Shown piece by piece: positions 37,225 to 50,082 of a DNA stretch of 64,000 bases. The notes under the pieces were generated by a model that saw only the letters and a list, made by a program, of their open reading frames with translations, made no database searches and was not told the DNA's origin. A program made the translations under genes and the position numbers. Origin of the DNA: Ancylonema sp. (taxonomy: Eukaryota). Location: NCBI GenBank assembly GCA_050230475.1, contig JBFLGF010000010.1, forward strand, positions 1 through 64,000, read 5' to 3'. Each line of letters starts with the position of its first letter. Position 1 is the first letter of the stretch.

Positions 37225-40200
37225 TTAGAACAACGGACACAGAGGGTCGTTCGGAATGACGCCCGACTGTGTTGGGCAGGCGGCCAACGGGCAGTTATCC
37301 GCAGCGGACCCCCACCACTCCACGCCAATGTTCCGATTGGTGAGCGCAAAGAAGATGAGGATGGAGCACATGCCAACGCCTGCGGTGAGGGCGGCGGATG
37401 TGATGTAGTTGTATTTTTGGTACTTTTGGTACCAGTTGGGGCACTTGCGGTAGACGAAGTATTGGAAGATCCCCCCGAGCACGAAGAATGTGTTGAAGTT
37501 TACGGTGCCGGCAGGCGGGATGGCGACGACGTAACTGAAAATGATCGGAATGTGGACTTTGCGGAGACACTGAACAAGGAGAGGGAATCAGATTTATATG
37601 TGGAATGGGTCAGAGTCTTCTTCATGACAATCACACTCACCATTACATTTACATTTACATTTACATTTACATTTATATTTACATTTACATTTACATTTAC
37701 ATTTAAATTTACAATCACGATTACATTTTACAATCACATTACGTCTCATTACAAGGTTGGGCCACAATCTTCTCTCAATGTTAAGGACACACCCAATAAA
37801 AAAATTGGGCCAAATGATAACAACAAACAAAATAACTTCACAAGGTGTACACTCAAGTGTGAGTTTGTATATGTGTGTGTGTGTGTAAGTGTTTTTTTTG
37901 TACTTTCAAATTTTCCGTCTCAGCAGAGGATTGAGTACGCCAAACGGTTGGCTGAGCAGGGGCAGGCTTTCAGATTCGCGTTTTCGAAAACTGCGCTCAT
38001 CCATGCCCCAAATCCCCCCCCCCCCGCCCCCCCCCAGAGCCCCACCTTGCATTTTTGGAAGCACATTGCCAACCCCCAGAAGAAGACCACCGACACCACC
38101 CCCACCAGGAAGCCCCAATTCATTTGCGAGTACTGGCCCAGGGTCCCAAACACGCGCTTGGGGCCGACCAGCCCCCATATGATACTGGCGCTGAAGAACA
38201 CGTTGCTAGAGGGGCAGGTCCAGGGCGAGCCGGGGGGGAGGAGGGCAGGCTGGCAGATGTTGGGGATGGCCTCCAGTTGGTACCAAGTCACCCCCAGGCT
38301 CACAAAGGTGGACAGGATGGTGCCGAGCACCTGAGGGGGAGGGGGGAAAGAGAAGGAGATAAAGGGTGGGTTTATGGGTTTATGGGTTTTCTAGATGTAT
38401 GGTTTATGGGTGTATGGGTATATGGTTTCATGGTTTTATGGGTTCATGGTTTTAAGGTTGTACAGTTGTATAGGTTTAGGGGTTTTACGTGTGCCCCGTA
38501 GGACGGAAGAGGTGTGCAGATGCGGTTGGGTTTGGGTTCGACCCCCCCCCTGAGGTTCCAAAGTACGGTGGGAAGGACAGGGAAGGGAAGTGGAGGGGTA
38601 ACCCCTTCTGCTTCTAAGAGGGTCGCTCTGGGTGTGGTACTAAAAAAGGAGGTAGGGGAGACCATAGGGAATGGCATGCTGAAAAGTCCAGGTCTGACTA
38701 CAATTGCCTCTAGAAAACCTTGAACCGCCGACAATGAGAAAAGAAAATATGTATTATATTTGATAACAAAGGGACGAGGGGATGCTCTCCCTACCTGCAC
38801 CGCAAACATGGATCTCGGCGGGACTTTCATGTAGGCCCCCAGCTTGAAATCCGATAGGAACCCCACTGCCTGCACTGTGGAATTGTATCCGTACACTTTG
38901 AAGAGGATGACTGCGATGGGGTAGCCGGGCATGATGAAACCCATCAGGTACTCGGATATCACGTTGAGGCCAGGGGTCTGGGCTCACGGGCGGAGAAGGA
39001 ACAGGGGGGGGGGAGGTCACTCAAACTGGATTCTGTTTTATGGAATACATCAAGTGGTACTAGGATGCGAAGTCAAAGCAAACGGAAGGTCCTGCAATCT
39101 GGAGGAGTAGAGGGAAGCGCAGCTGTATTGACTCTGTACAGGTCTTTGTATGAAACAGGTGTCGAGAGTGTATGCAAGAGTAAGCAGACAAGAAGACGAT
39201 GGCATGCTGCCAACACCAAAAAAAAAAAAAAAAAAAAAAAGCCTTTCCTGACCCAGCCGCATCACGGAAATCCTTTCCACTCACGAAATTGGTGATGGCC
39301 GTAATGATCCCCATAGGCAGCGTGAGTGCCCCCGACAGCGCTGCCGCAAACAGCACCCCCCACCACGGCAGCTGCATCTCCTCCTTCCACACGCACACCA
39401 GCAGCACCGACAGGGACAGACTGCACGCCCCCAGGAGGAGGAACCAGGTCTCCGGGAGGGGGCGGTAGTTATTGCGCATGATGCGGGTGTGGATGTCTTC
39501 TTGCTTGCTGTCCCGGGGGTGGAAGGCTTGCTTCCAGATTTCGGCCCCGTGCCACAGGATGACGTACGTGACCGAAGCAGCTATGGCTGCGAAGCATAAA
39601 CCTGGTTGGTGGAAGAGGTGGAGGGGAGGGGGAGGGGATGGGGTTTAAGGGTCCATGTCGGGTTTTGGACTGGGCGGTCGATTCATTATTTTTGGCTGAC
39701 CTTCAGTTCGAACCGATCATATAAATCGTGACAATAGTCCAGACGGATGAAATGGGAGCTGCTGTTGCAGCGGCAATATTGAGTAGCATCTAAACTGAAC
39801 CTCAGAACCGCCCCGTCTTGGACACCGCAAGAGCGAGCAGCAGTCCCCCCCTGTTGCACTGCCTTGCCTACCGTAGCTGAAAGCAGAGTGAGCCGTCATA
39901 TGGATGTCTCCGTACAACTAATAGGCAGTCTCGTTGAGCTCCAGGTTATGGACATTCACAATGTGGGACACGTCTGGCAAAGGGCAATGAAGAAAGAGGA
40001 CCTCTCATCGTCAGCATCCATTCCATTTTATTCCGATCTCATCCAAATACCTCCCACTACCGTTCTGCATCACCAGATTGTTCGAACATGTTTCTAGGCA
40101 CCCACGCACCAGGGACGGAAAATTTTGAAGCCTGCTGCTCATCTATCATGTGCACACCTACACTGACACGTGTCCTCTGATCTCGGAACTCCATAACATC

Positions 40201-42729
40201 TCAAAAGTGCTTTCCCAGTGGTAAATTTCGTGAAAAGAAGGCATCCCAGGCCACAGGTAGTACTGACGGTAGGGAGTGCCGTCGGATCGGAAGAGCTGGG
40301 CCGTGAGAAGAGGGAAGGTCCTCGCGTTGTATACGTTGCTCCAGTAGATGGCAGGGAGGATGGCATAGCTGAAGGGAATAGAAGGTCAGGGATGGAGGCA
40401 TTGAGACAGATGCATGCACCCGTTCTATGAGGACAAGGTCGCCTGGATGGTCAGACTGTGTGAGACCGAAGTAGGGATACATCCGAGCGCGAAGATGAAA
40501 TGGAACTCGATTGGAAGATGGTTCTCAAATGTTTGGTTCTGAACTACGGCGGGACGCATGGACTGAACACGAGTGCCAAAAAAAGTGCCAAAAAGGAGGC
40601 CGTGTTCACACCGCTGTAAGGAATGGACCCAAGTGATGATGGCAGACTGATGACTGATTGCAGATGTGCAGACAGCACAGCACAACAAGCAGAACGGCAA
40701 AAAAAAAGAAAAGTTTGGTTGACAGGTACGAAGCGTATTCGGTGCTCATGATTAAGTCCGACAAGAATGGCGGAATGCAGAGCCACACTCACATGTACAC
40801 CACGTATCCCGAAAATATGTTGACTATCACCCACAGGGGCGTAACCAGCGGGTTCCCCACAAACGCGTTGGCTGCGTTCCAGTCAAAGCTCACGGTTCCC
40901 AGTCCCAACCCCTTCATGCCGCTGCCAATCTGGTGTGCCACGACAGACGTCTTCCAGACGGCGCAGATGACAGATAGGCTGATGATGGAGGAGAAGAGGT
41001 AAGTGGACTGGAGGGAGGATGGAAAAGGTGGTGTTCATGGAAAGGTGCGGAACTGCTGCGAAATGTGCAGACTGAGTTGGGCACCTGCGCACACGCTCTA
41101 CTCATCTCAGATGATGTAAGAAACTCCTGTCAGCCAATCACATGTGAGGTAGAGAGAGTCGAACATGCTGGCTTCTCATAACCATAACCATAACCATAAG
41201 GAGAACTAAACCCTTACCCGGGGATAAAGTAGTAGTGGCCAGAGAGGACCATGACAACGAGGAAGTAGTGCATGGGAGAGATCCGCCAGGTGGCGCCCTC
41301 TGCCAGGCCACCACATACCAGCAGGCTGGGAAAAACAAGGGGGGGAAATAAAAGGTACTCCCTCACAATGGGCTGCGACATGTACTATGACCCACTAGGA
41401 AGTACCAGGCATAAGCAGACAGGCAGTATTAAAGTGAATACTCCAAATAAATATTGAAAGCCCTCTTGTGGATGGTGTCAAATGATCCCTTCCAATGATT
41501 CCGTGTTCATTGCCAATACTTCGTGTGCTGATGTCATGTCATGATGTCATACTACTGGTTCTTGAAAGTACACTCCTCGGAATGCAGAAAAACGCAGGGG
41601 ACCAAGCAACGAGACCACCTAGATGTATGGCTCAAGATAAAAGAAAGAAGAGCCTTCGACTCACGTCCACCAAGTAGCGACGGCACACTCCAGCAAAGCT
41701 GTACCCAAGGATCTGCAGAAAAAGAGAGCATAGTCTCACACATCAAATCCAAATGTAAAGACAATCCTCTGCGTACTACGGACCCTACTCGCCCTTTGTA
41801 AAGTCACACCAGCCTGTGTATAAGCACCAACGTATGGCCGACCAAATGGGTGTCATAAACAGAGTGAACTGTATCCTCTACTTGGATACAAAATCGAGCA
41901 CCAGGGTCTACAGGGGGCTAGCGCCAGACCGGAAGTTGCCGTCGCCAGTTAAGTGGGCTGAGAATGAAACCGAAAGATAAGCCGAAAGTCAACCAATGAT
42001 CAACGCGGCAACAACTTAAGAGAGGCTTCTAGCAGTCCTGCTATGGTTATAGCTCGAAATCGTACTTGAGAGGTGATAAGGAACAGAAGGGCCGCAAAAA
42101 TATTTGTCGGCCGCTTGTACAACGCCTTCACACCAACCACAAGGTCCAGGCCGTAGGGAGGCCCTCCTCCCATAGAAGCGAAAATGACGACGAGCGCGTG
42201 CTCTTTGATGGTAACAGGTCCAGGGTTCCAGAAGGGACCCCAGCTCCTGCCAACATATACAGGCACGGTTAGATGATGTATGCAGTAGATAACAATAAAT
42301 ATACGCGTGAAGCTGTCAGCCTGAAGCTTAGATGTCCTAACAAACGAACTCTCTCTGCAGGACAACATACGCCAACGTAGTGCGAAACCCGAGGGGCAGG
42401 TCTATGAAGTACCTGGGGATGGTGTATGCCATGAGCTTCCCGATGGGGAGCACCAGAAGCTGAACAATCGTGGACGAAACATTAAGGGGCTCTGCTTGAG
42501 AGAAAAACCAGGTGTTGACCGCAGCCAACACCACACAAGCCACCGGCCCACATAGCCACACCCGGATTGTGTTAACGGCCATATTGGGGTCGTCCGTAAC
42601 AGGTACCGTGGCTGCGACGGCATCTATAGACGAGTTCTCCTCAACGGCACTATCGACAGCACTGGTATGAGCCCTTTCTACATCCATCGGCGTAGTGTCA
42701 CACATCTTGACAGTGTCTTGCGGTGACAC
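37225..42729 (-). pseudogene. OPT: Oligopeptide transporter (OPT family); multi-exon, with an in-frame TAG and an internal deletion
   Basis: Motifs [98 protein letters not shown] and terminal CPLAACPT..CPLF*. Lesions at 39918-39920 and about 41300. Start codon uncertain. Confidence 0.9.
37643..37742. repeat. Intronic (TTTACA)n microsatellite
   Basis: Read directly, in the last OPT intron. Confidence 0.9.
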
Positions 42730-43449
42730 TGTTTCGAAAGGGTGCGCGAGCGCGAAGCCGTGTTAAAGATATGTCCAGGCTACTGAAAACCTGAAATGAC
42801 GAGGGAAAATTGCTGGACATGCTTATGTTTGCTTACGCGCCCCTTCCATTCAGCTCCCAAACTGTGCCATCCCTCTCCACAACGACATCTGCCGCGTCGG
42901 AGAAAGTTGGTAATCATTCCGAAGCTTGAGTCGCTTTTGGATGGCACTACCGACATGGGCACTTCGACGGATTTGCGGACCGACTGGCGGCAAACAGAAG
43001 CTCTGTGATTGGCTAAATGATCTCCTGTATCTCATAAAGCCGTACCGCTGGCCAGAGTGATAACCCGGCGGCACGTGACCGCTAGTAGCTGTACACTGAC
43101 ACCTGCCACTTGCCACCGCCTAGTTGCCTCCGGTCTGGAGGACACGTGCGGATAGTGTGTACCGGCGTTGAATGGGAAAACGTTCACAGGCCTAAAATTT
43201 CCTGAACGATCTCAACCATACACTTATCCGCCCGCGGGCCGGCGGAATAAATTTTCGCCCCGCATTCACCCGCTGGCGATGTCGCCCGCGGGCGCCATCC
43301 GGCCGCCCGTTGACGGGCGGTCTGAGTTGTGGGACTTCAAGAAAGCAAGTTCAAAAATACATAGCTTCTCGACATTTTATGATATCAATCAAATATGTGT
43401 AATGTAGATGAGACCATGTAATGAATATTAGCCCTTTCTAGTTTTTATT

Positions 43450-43725
43450 GGGAGAGAATGCGGGCACTCCCCAAAACGACAGCGGGCACCCCGCTCCAAC
43501 ATCCCGAAGTCTCTCCCTTTTTTTAACATCACACTGATCGAAAAAAAAAAGTGCATACATCAACTAAATAATCCCCTCTGCAATACCGAGAAACAATAAT
43601 TTTTAGTATCGCACAACGTTTAAAAGTTTTGATTTTTTGAACATGGCTATTTTGAAGGTAGAGGTTAACGGCAAGTCGGAGGGGGGTGCCCGCAGTCGCT
43701 TTGGGGGATGCCCGCAATCTCTTCC
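43450..43725. mobile_element. Short foldback element bounded by roughly 67-bp inverted modules
   Basis: gggagagaatgcgggcac..gtctctccc on the left and its inverted counterpart ending gcccgcaatctcttcc on the right. Confidence 0.65.
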
Positions 43726-44037
43726 TTTTTCATTTCGAATAATTTGGATTTGTAACGAATAAAAATTCCAGAAACCTAAAAAACCCCGCCCGCCACGTGG
43801 ACATTCCCGCCCGCGCTTTGCCCGTGAGCGTCGCTGGGCGGAGATTTTGACGGGCGTGTACATCTGAGATTCTCAACATGTGTAAATTTATCTCGCCGTG
43901 CGCTGAAGCGTGTGGAGATCGATGTTTATGTCACAATTCCGGTCGTTCCTAGGGTTGGGATTTTAGGCCCGAAAATAAATGGCTCTAATAAATGAGATCA
44001 AAAATATAATTAGAGGTGATCATTAACAATCAATCAA

Positions 44038-45604
44038 GGGCGAGACTGCGGGCCACCTCCAAAGCGGTTGCGGGCACCCCCCTCCGACAGGCCGAAGTCT
44101 CTCCCGGTTTTTTCTAAATTGAATGGGGGGGGGGGGGGTTACAAGCGCTATTATGACTACAAAAAGTGCTAATATGAAATATAAACAATGCTAATATGAA
44201 CTACATTGTCCCCTCTACAATACTGAATTTCTTTTATTAAATATCTACACTGCTGCCTCGATATAACGACAAAAAAAAAATTCAAAAAAAGGGTCGTTAT
44301 ATCGAGGTGTCGTTATACACTTCATAACGACATTTACTACTAGAATCTGAAATCTCTGTCCTTGTATCGAGGGACTTTGCGAATGAAGCAGGGTGAATAA
44401 GCAACAGTGTTAATTATGTGTTTCCTAGAGTAAGTTGCCTTAGCTTGATTATCCAATTCTGCGTGTGTGTTGATACACGAGCTATACAAGTGCGTCATGA
44501 TACCAATACATGCGGATGGACAAACTATACCACAAAATTCTACGAGGAGAAATTAGGATGTATTAAGTTTGTTACAAAGCAACACCGGACACGCACATTC
44601 TGTTAGACATGGAGCAAAAGCAGTGGACGGTTGGAACAATGAACAACATGGACATTTGTTTTTGGTATGCAAGAAATATAATTGTGATGCAAAAAAGTTC
44701 ACTTTTTCCGAATTGTGCATCGGAAACGTAGTACACGATGTTTAATACTTCCCAACATACCAAAATCCAAATTCTTTGTGTAAAATTTCGCGATCGGAAA
44801 TATTTTACAAGATTGTCACCAACAACTTTAACACGGCATAACAAACTAATATCGACCCTACGCTACATGAAATAATTTCGACCCATAATTTTCATCATTT
44901 GCATCGACATTCGCAAGACGTTGAAGCTCTAAAATGTAAGCACACTAATGTGAGCGCACTCCGGACTTTCCATGACAAAATGTTGCAACCTCGCCACCGC
45001 GGTCCTCGCTTCGGCAATGCTCATCTTGCAAATTAGCTCTCCTTTTTCTTGTGGGACCTCCCGGACTTCGTCAGCATCATCCACCATGTCTTCCTCATCG
45101 CCTTCCCCCCTTTGCAATCGCTCAACTGTCTCCTCCTCGGAAAATATCTCTTCCGCCTGCGATGCACAAGTAAAGCCCTTTAAATGATGCGCACACATTT
45201 AAGAGGCGGCGTTCACTCGATATGACATATGGAACACCTCGAACACGTTGTTTCGTTCATGAGGTTTCTATATTTTTTTCGATTTCCATACATCGTTATG
45301 TGCGAGCAATAGCGTTACATACACAGTATAAGGACATCCAGTAACAAATTTATGAATTAATTTGTCATTATATAGAGTGTCGTTATGCTTATATCGAGGG
45401 CGATTTCATATTGATTTTGAAAAAGTTCAAAAAGTTGTCGTTATATCGAGGTTGTCGTTACAAAGAGGGTCTTTATATCGAGTGAACACTGAAAAAAAAT
45501 GTAGAAGTTACGATTTATTGAACTTGGCTAATTTCAAGGGAGAGACTGCGGGTACTCGGAGGGGGTGCCCGTAATCGCTTTGGGGGGTGCCCGGAGTCTC
45601 TCCC
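44038..45604. mobile_element. Second member of the same foldback family, containing a nested pogo-like element
   Basis: Module 44038-44105 (gggcgagactgcggg..gtctctccc) and inverted module 45538-45604. Confidence 0.7.
44248..45491 (-). mobile_element. Non-autonomous pogo/Tigger-like transposon with an acidic transposase C-terminal remnant
   Basis: TIRs CACTGCTGCCTCGATATAACGAC / GTCTTTATATCGAGTGAACACTG, TA on the left, repeated gtcgttatatcgag subterminal motifs. ORF 44929-45198 (EEETVERLQ..DEEDMVDD..MSIAEARTAVARLQHF) resembles Tigger-type tails. Confidence 0.7.
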
Positions 45605-45831
45605 ATCAATCAATAATAACTTTACCCGACACCTTTCTTTATACTTCTTATTATTTAAAGATAAGCACTTGTTAGAGCCTAACATTATTAAAATTATGGC
45701 GGAAATTAAATTTTGGGCCTAATGTATAATATTGAGTTCTTCTTAGATTTTTAGGGGCACGAGATCTGCGAAACGGTATTATTAAGGCTAGCTTAAAATA
45801 TTATCAACTAATAATAAGGGGGTTGAATTAT

Positions 45832-46289
45832 TAGTACTCCCCATCCTTATTGCCCCATACCCCGGATCCATTTTCCTCTACCGGTCCCCGATCCCTACCG
45901 CATCGTTGAAAACGAGATTACTACCCGCCGCGAAACGAATTTAATTGGTGAACGTACCCAAAACGGGTAGGGAGTAGGCTACACGTTTGTCGTGTTGCAG
46001 GACGGGAGCGGTAGGGAAACGGGAAGGCAATGTTCAATACGGATTGAATATCTTAGGCTCTACAACATTTTCCCCTTACCGGCGGGTTGTGCACGCGAGA
46101 AGTCACACTTGCGGAAGATGCGATTGATTTTGCTATATACACTCTACAGTGGTGAAGATAAAATAAAATTACTCCCTATCCGCTACCCCCTATCTTCTAC
46201 CCGTTCATATACCCGCGCGCGTCTCATCCTACCCGACGGGTATGAAAATCCCCTACCATGGGCCGAAAACGGATAGGGTCCAACACTAC
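45832..46289. mobile_element. Possible hAT-like MITE
   Basis: Dense TACCCG/AAACGG-type motifs in both orientations; right end CCAACACTA. Left TIR and TSD not resolved. Confidence 0.35.
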
Positions 46290-49200
46290 TCGCTCGAGTA
46301 AGATGAACCAAATGGCACCGCCCCTCAAAACGTACCCCCAACACCGCCAGGCTCTCCGGTCGGGACGAAGATACATTCGTCCGGGACGTGGCTGTGGATT
46401 TTGTTAGAATAATTAGAGTGTGATTCTTACTTGACCTAGAACACATACACGATAAACTCAGCCGCATCCGATGAAAGTAGATGATACTACCAACGTTTGT
46501 TGGTAGTAACATCTACATTCATCGGATGCGATGTTTTGAAGCAATACAATGCATCTCGAGAACATGATGTGCACATCAATACAAATGACACAAGAAGGAT
46601 CACGTTTATTTAACATATTTGCCAAGTTTTGGTTCGGTGTCCCAAAAGGGAGTCGTGCGCAATTTTAGTTCGAGCCGCAATTTTGCCTTGATGGAGAAAC
46701 ACGAGCCCTACTTACTAGTCTCGCGGATTTATTGTTATCGATATTTGTTATGGCGGTCCCGCCCCGCCAATTAAGCCCTGCTTTTTGCCCCGGGCGACGA
46801 CGATGTCGTAGCGGTATCGCTCTTTTGGTAGATCGAATCTCGGTGACCGCTACCGCCGGGTGCATACCTTGGTTCATGTAGCTAGTCATGGGTGTTTGTA
46901 GCTTAGCGGTCGGGAGCGAGTATTAAAAGTTAAACGCACGTAGGCGATCTTGAAGATTTTCGTGATTTTCTCGTCGATTCGGTAAAAAATGTATTAGATG
47001 ATAATGTCGGGACCGGAATATATTACTAATTAAAACAAGTTTTACCTACGATAGGATCGGTTCCAAATGTCCTTAGACTAGTCTCTATGGGAAAATGGCG
47101 GGCAATAAATTTACACCCAGGTCGGAGTCGATCCAATCATGTATTTTCAAATTTTCATAATCATAATCATAATGATATAAACGTACTTATAAAAATGAGC
47201 CAACCCTCCATATTTGTATCCCGCATAATTCCAGAAATAATCGTTTTTTTTTTCCCATTTTTTTTTTTTTACAATTTTTCTTTCGGTTCTTCTTTCACCC
47301 CCCCGCCTCCTCCCCCACATTATCAATACCAAATCCGCTCAAATATTTTGTACGGATACGTACGGATACGTACGGATTTCGTACTTCATTAATTAACACG
47401 TCGGCGGGACCGGGGAAAATTATTAGTTATCACGTTTGACAGGTTTGTTAATAGTTACACTCACCCAAAGTCGGGACCGGAAAAAATATTCAATTATGAC
47501 ATGTTATAAATTAAGACAGTATTAATTCAGAAGGGTTTTACTATACATTAATCTTGTGGAGTTAGTCGTAGAATGCATCGTAAATACGTAGTAGTTCGCA
47601 AGATCGGTACAGTGTGTCGTCATTTTTATGCAGGCACTATCGTCGGGCCCCTCTTAGCTCAAAAAGACTCCTCTTTATTGTGTACTTTATGGGTTCCTTC
47701 CCGGAGCTATACCCTTTGATCTCGCATGCACGCCTAAATAGTGCATACCTGCATTACATGTACTCTTTGCGTTCAATCGGTATGTAGTTGGTTTCGACGC
47801 TCAAGTAGCTCCAACAAGCCCGTCAAGCCCGCCACGCTCGGCGCACGCAGGGGGCAATCGTTTTTTTTACATTAAATAGTCAACTTCAAAAATAAATAAA
47901 ACTTATATGTCGCACGAAATCGGAAAACCCCCTCGGTGTTGTATGTCTTGGCGATGAAGCGCTTGTAGCCAAGCCGGTAGTCTCTTGCGTGCACTCTAGG
48001 ATTCACCTTTTCAAGATGAGAGGAGGAGGATTATGTTGTGGATGTATTCGTTGCACTTGCAAGTCTTCTCGTCTTATAAAAGAATTTTTAAAAAATAATT
48101 GTGTCAAACACATGTGATGACATCAATGAAAGGTCAATGCTCAATTACATCGGTAAAGTCCGCAAAAGGCACAAAATTGTTGACGTGCGTGATTAATTCA
48201 GTAAGGGTAAAGGGCGTCGGTGACGTTTCCAATCGACGGTAACTTGATCTCTCGGGATTCGGGGTTGGTCGGTTGAAGCAAAACTAGCGCATTAGAAATC
48301 CATTGCCGCTATTGAATGTACATGTATTTTTTGAATCACAACATAATTGTTTTAGCTTACATCGGTATACTACGCACCACAAGCGTGTCACGGTGAAGGT
48401 GCATGACGAGAAAAGTAAATAGTTTCTTGCACTACAAAGTCAAATCTTATCGCACGACTTCTAGATGTAAGCAATCGTTGATGCACACTTGAATGATAGT
48501 TCACGATTGATTGTTAGTGACAACAAATGATTTTGCAACAAGTTATGATTGGGCGTGAGCTCAATGGATTTAGCGAAAGCTCTCTTGGTTTAAAAATAAA
48601 AAAATAAAAAAAACGTAGCAAACCGCCAGATTCCTGAGTATAGGTGACTCGCGTAGCATACAACATAATTCGGACGAGACAACAATTCTGGTAGGGTATT
48701 TCAACAAGATTTGAATGAACAACTCGCGTATCGCTTAGCGAATTCACCGGAGTATTTAGCACGGATGGTATGCAATGCAATAGCTCAAAGACTTGCGTAA
48801 GCACATGCAACGAAACTTTAGATAATCACACTTGCAACAAATCGCAACAAAACCACTTCAAAGGAACAATTATCGAGAGCGCATTATCTTAATGTCCAGT
48901 CCAGCGAAAGCCGCGATATGACAGTACAAGATGATATGCTTTGAAAACTATAAAATGTATGGGATAAGTATGCACGTTGATTCACAAATCAGTGATTGGC
49001 GCACGTGCTAATCACAACTCTTACTCGAACCTGCATGTAAGATTTCATCTATGGTGTACATATTGAGTAGTCATCGTCATTGCAATCGACGAAAAGCTTT
49101 CAACTTATCACATATCATAGGCAAGTATAGTCGCTAACTTCGATTTAAATCAATACTGGGGCGCAAGTTTGAAAACACCAAAACCTCACATCGAACTTAC

Positions 49201-49584
49201 GTAAAAGTCTTGAGACACCGAACTCTGTCCCTTTGAACAAATGCCAAGAGTAAGAATAGCGATTATAGTTGGACCCGATCCGATCGGGGAAACATTGACC
49301 CCGCGCTAATTTGGATTGGACGCAATCCGAATCCAATACGGACCAGGGTCCATTTAAGCCAGGTATACCATCGATGGGAAAATAACTCATTGTTATACAC
49401 CAAATATGGCACAAATCCAAAATTAATAATTTAAAGACAAGTCGTTTTTGTAATGAAATTGGTTGGGCCCAGTCCGGTTGGGGTGTTTTCCATCCATGAT
49501 CTGGATGGATCCGATTTGGCGGATCCGACAAAAGTTTTGTCACAAAACTATGGTAGTTGTGGTAGTCATATCCCACACCATATA

Positions 49585-49823
49585 CCGTAGTTGCCATATA
49601 TAATGACCCGAGTTTTTGAGAAACGAATTAATTTAGCTAAAAAAACACCACTTGACCCAACCCGCGCACCCAATAGAAAATTTCCCAAAATCCTGAAAAT
49701 AATTTAATATATGTTGACCCACATTATAGAATGACCCAATTTTTTTGAAAATCGACTTATTTAATTTGACCCGACCCACCCTTTTCATAATTATTGAAGG
49801 GTCATTATGTGTGGCCAGTACGG
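49585..49823. mobile_element. MITE with TA TSD (same family as 8533-8819)
   Basis: TA-CCGTAGTTGCCATATATAATGACCC ... GGGTCATTATGTGTGGCCAGTACGG-TA. Confidence 0.9.
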
Positions 49824-50082
49824 TATGTCAATCTACACTTTATTCACGTTAGAGCACTCTACTTTACGAATTGGAATCTTTGTCAACCGAGCAAACAACC
49901 CATTGTATATTTGAGTGAGTACCGGTGTTGCCGGCCACATTGCCCATCATTGTGCGAGCGGTGTGACATTCATGCACAATAGCGACTACCATATTTTCGA
50001 CATGGGATAAAGAATTCAATTGTCTCAACTCAGCGGACGGAACAAGTATTGGATTGCGAAGTCCACCTCCTTGTTCTACTAG

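Noticed and set aside
37594..37830. CKCKCK metallothionein-like ORF
   Set aside because: Translation of the intronic hexamer microsatellite.
37417..38334. 305-aa plus-strand ORF
   Set aside because: Antisense to OPT exons and crosses a TTTACA microsatellite; a shadow ORF.
38365..38486. Interstitial telomeric repeat
   Set aside because: Degenerate roughly 8-bp GGGTTTAT-like units in an OPT intron, not a TTTAGGG array.
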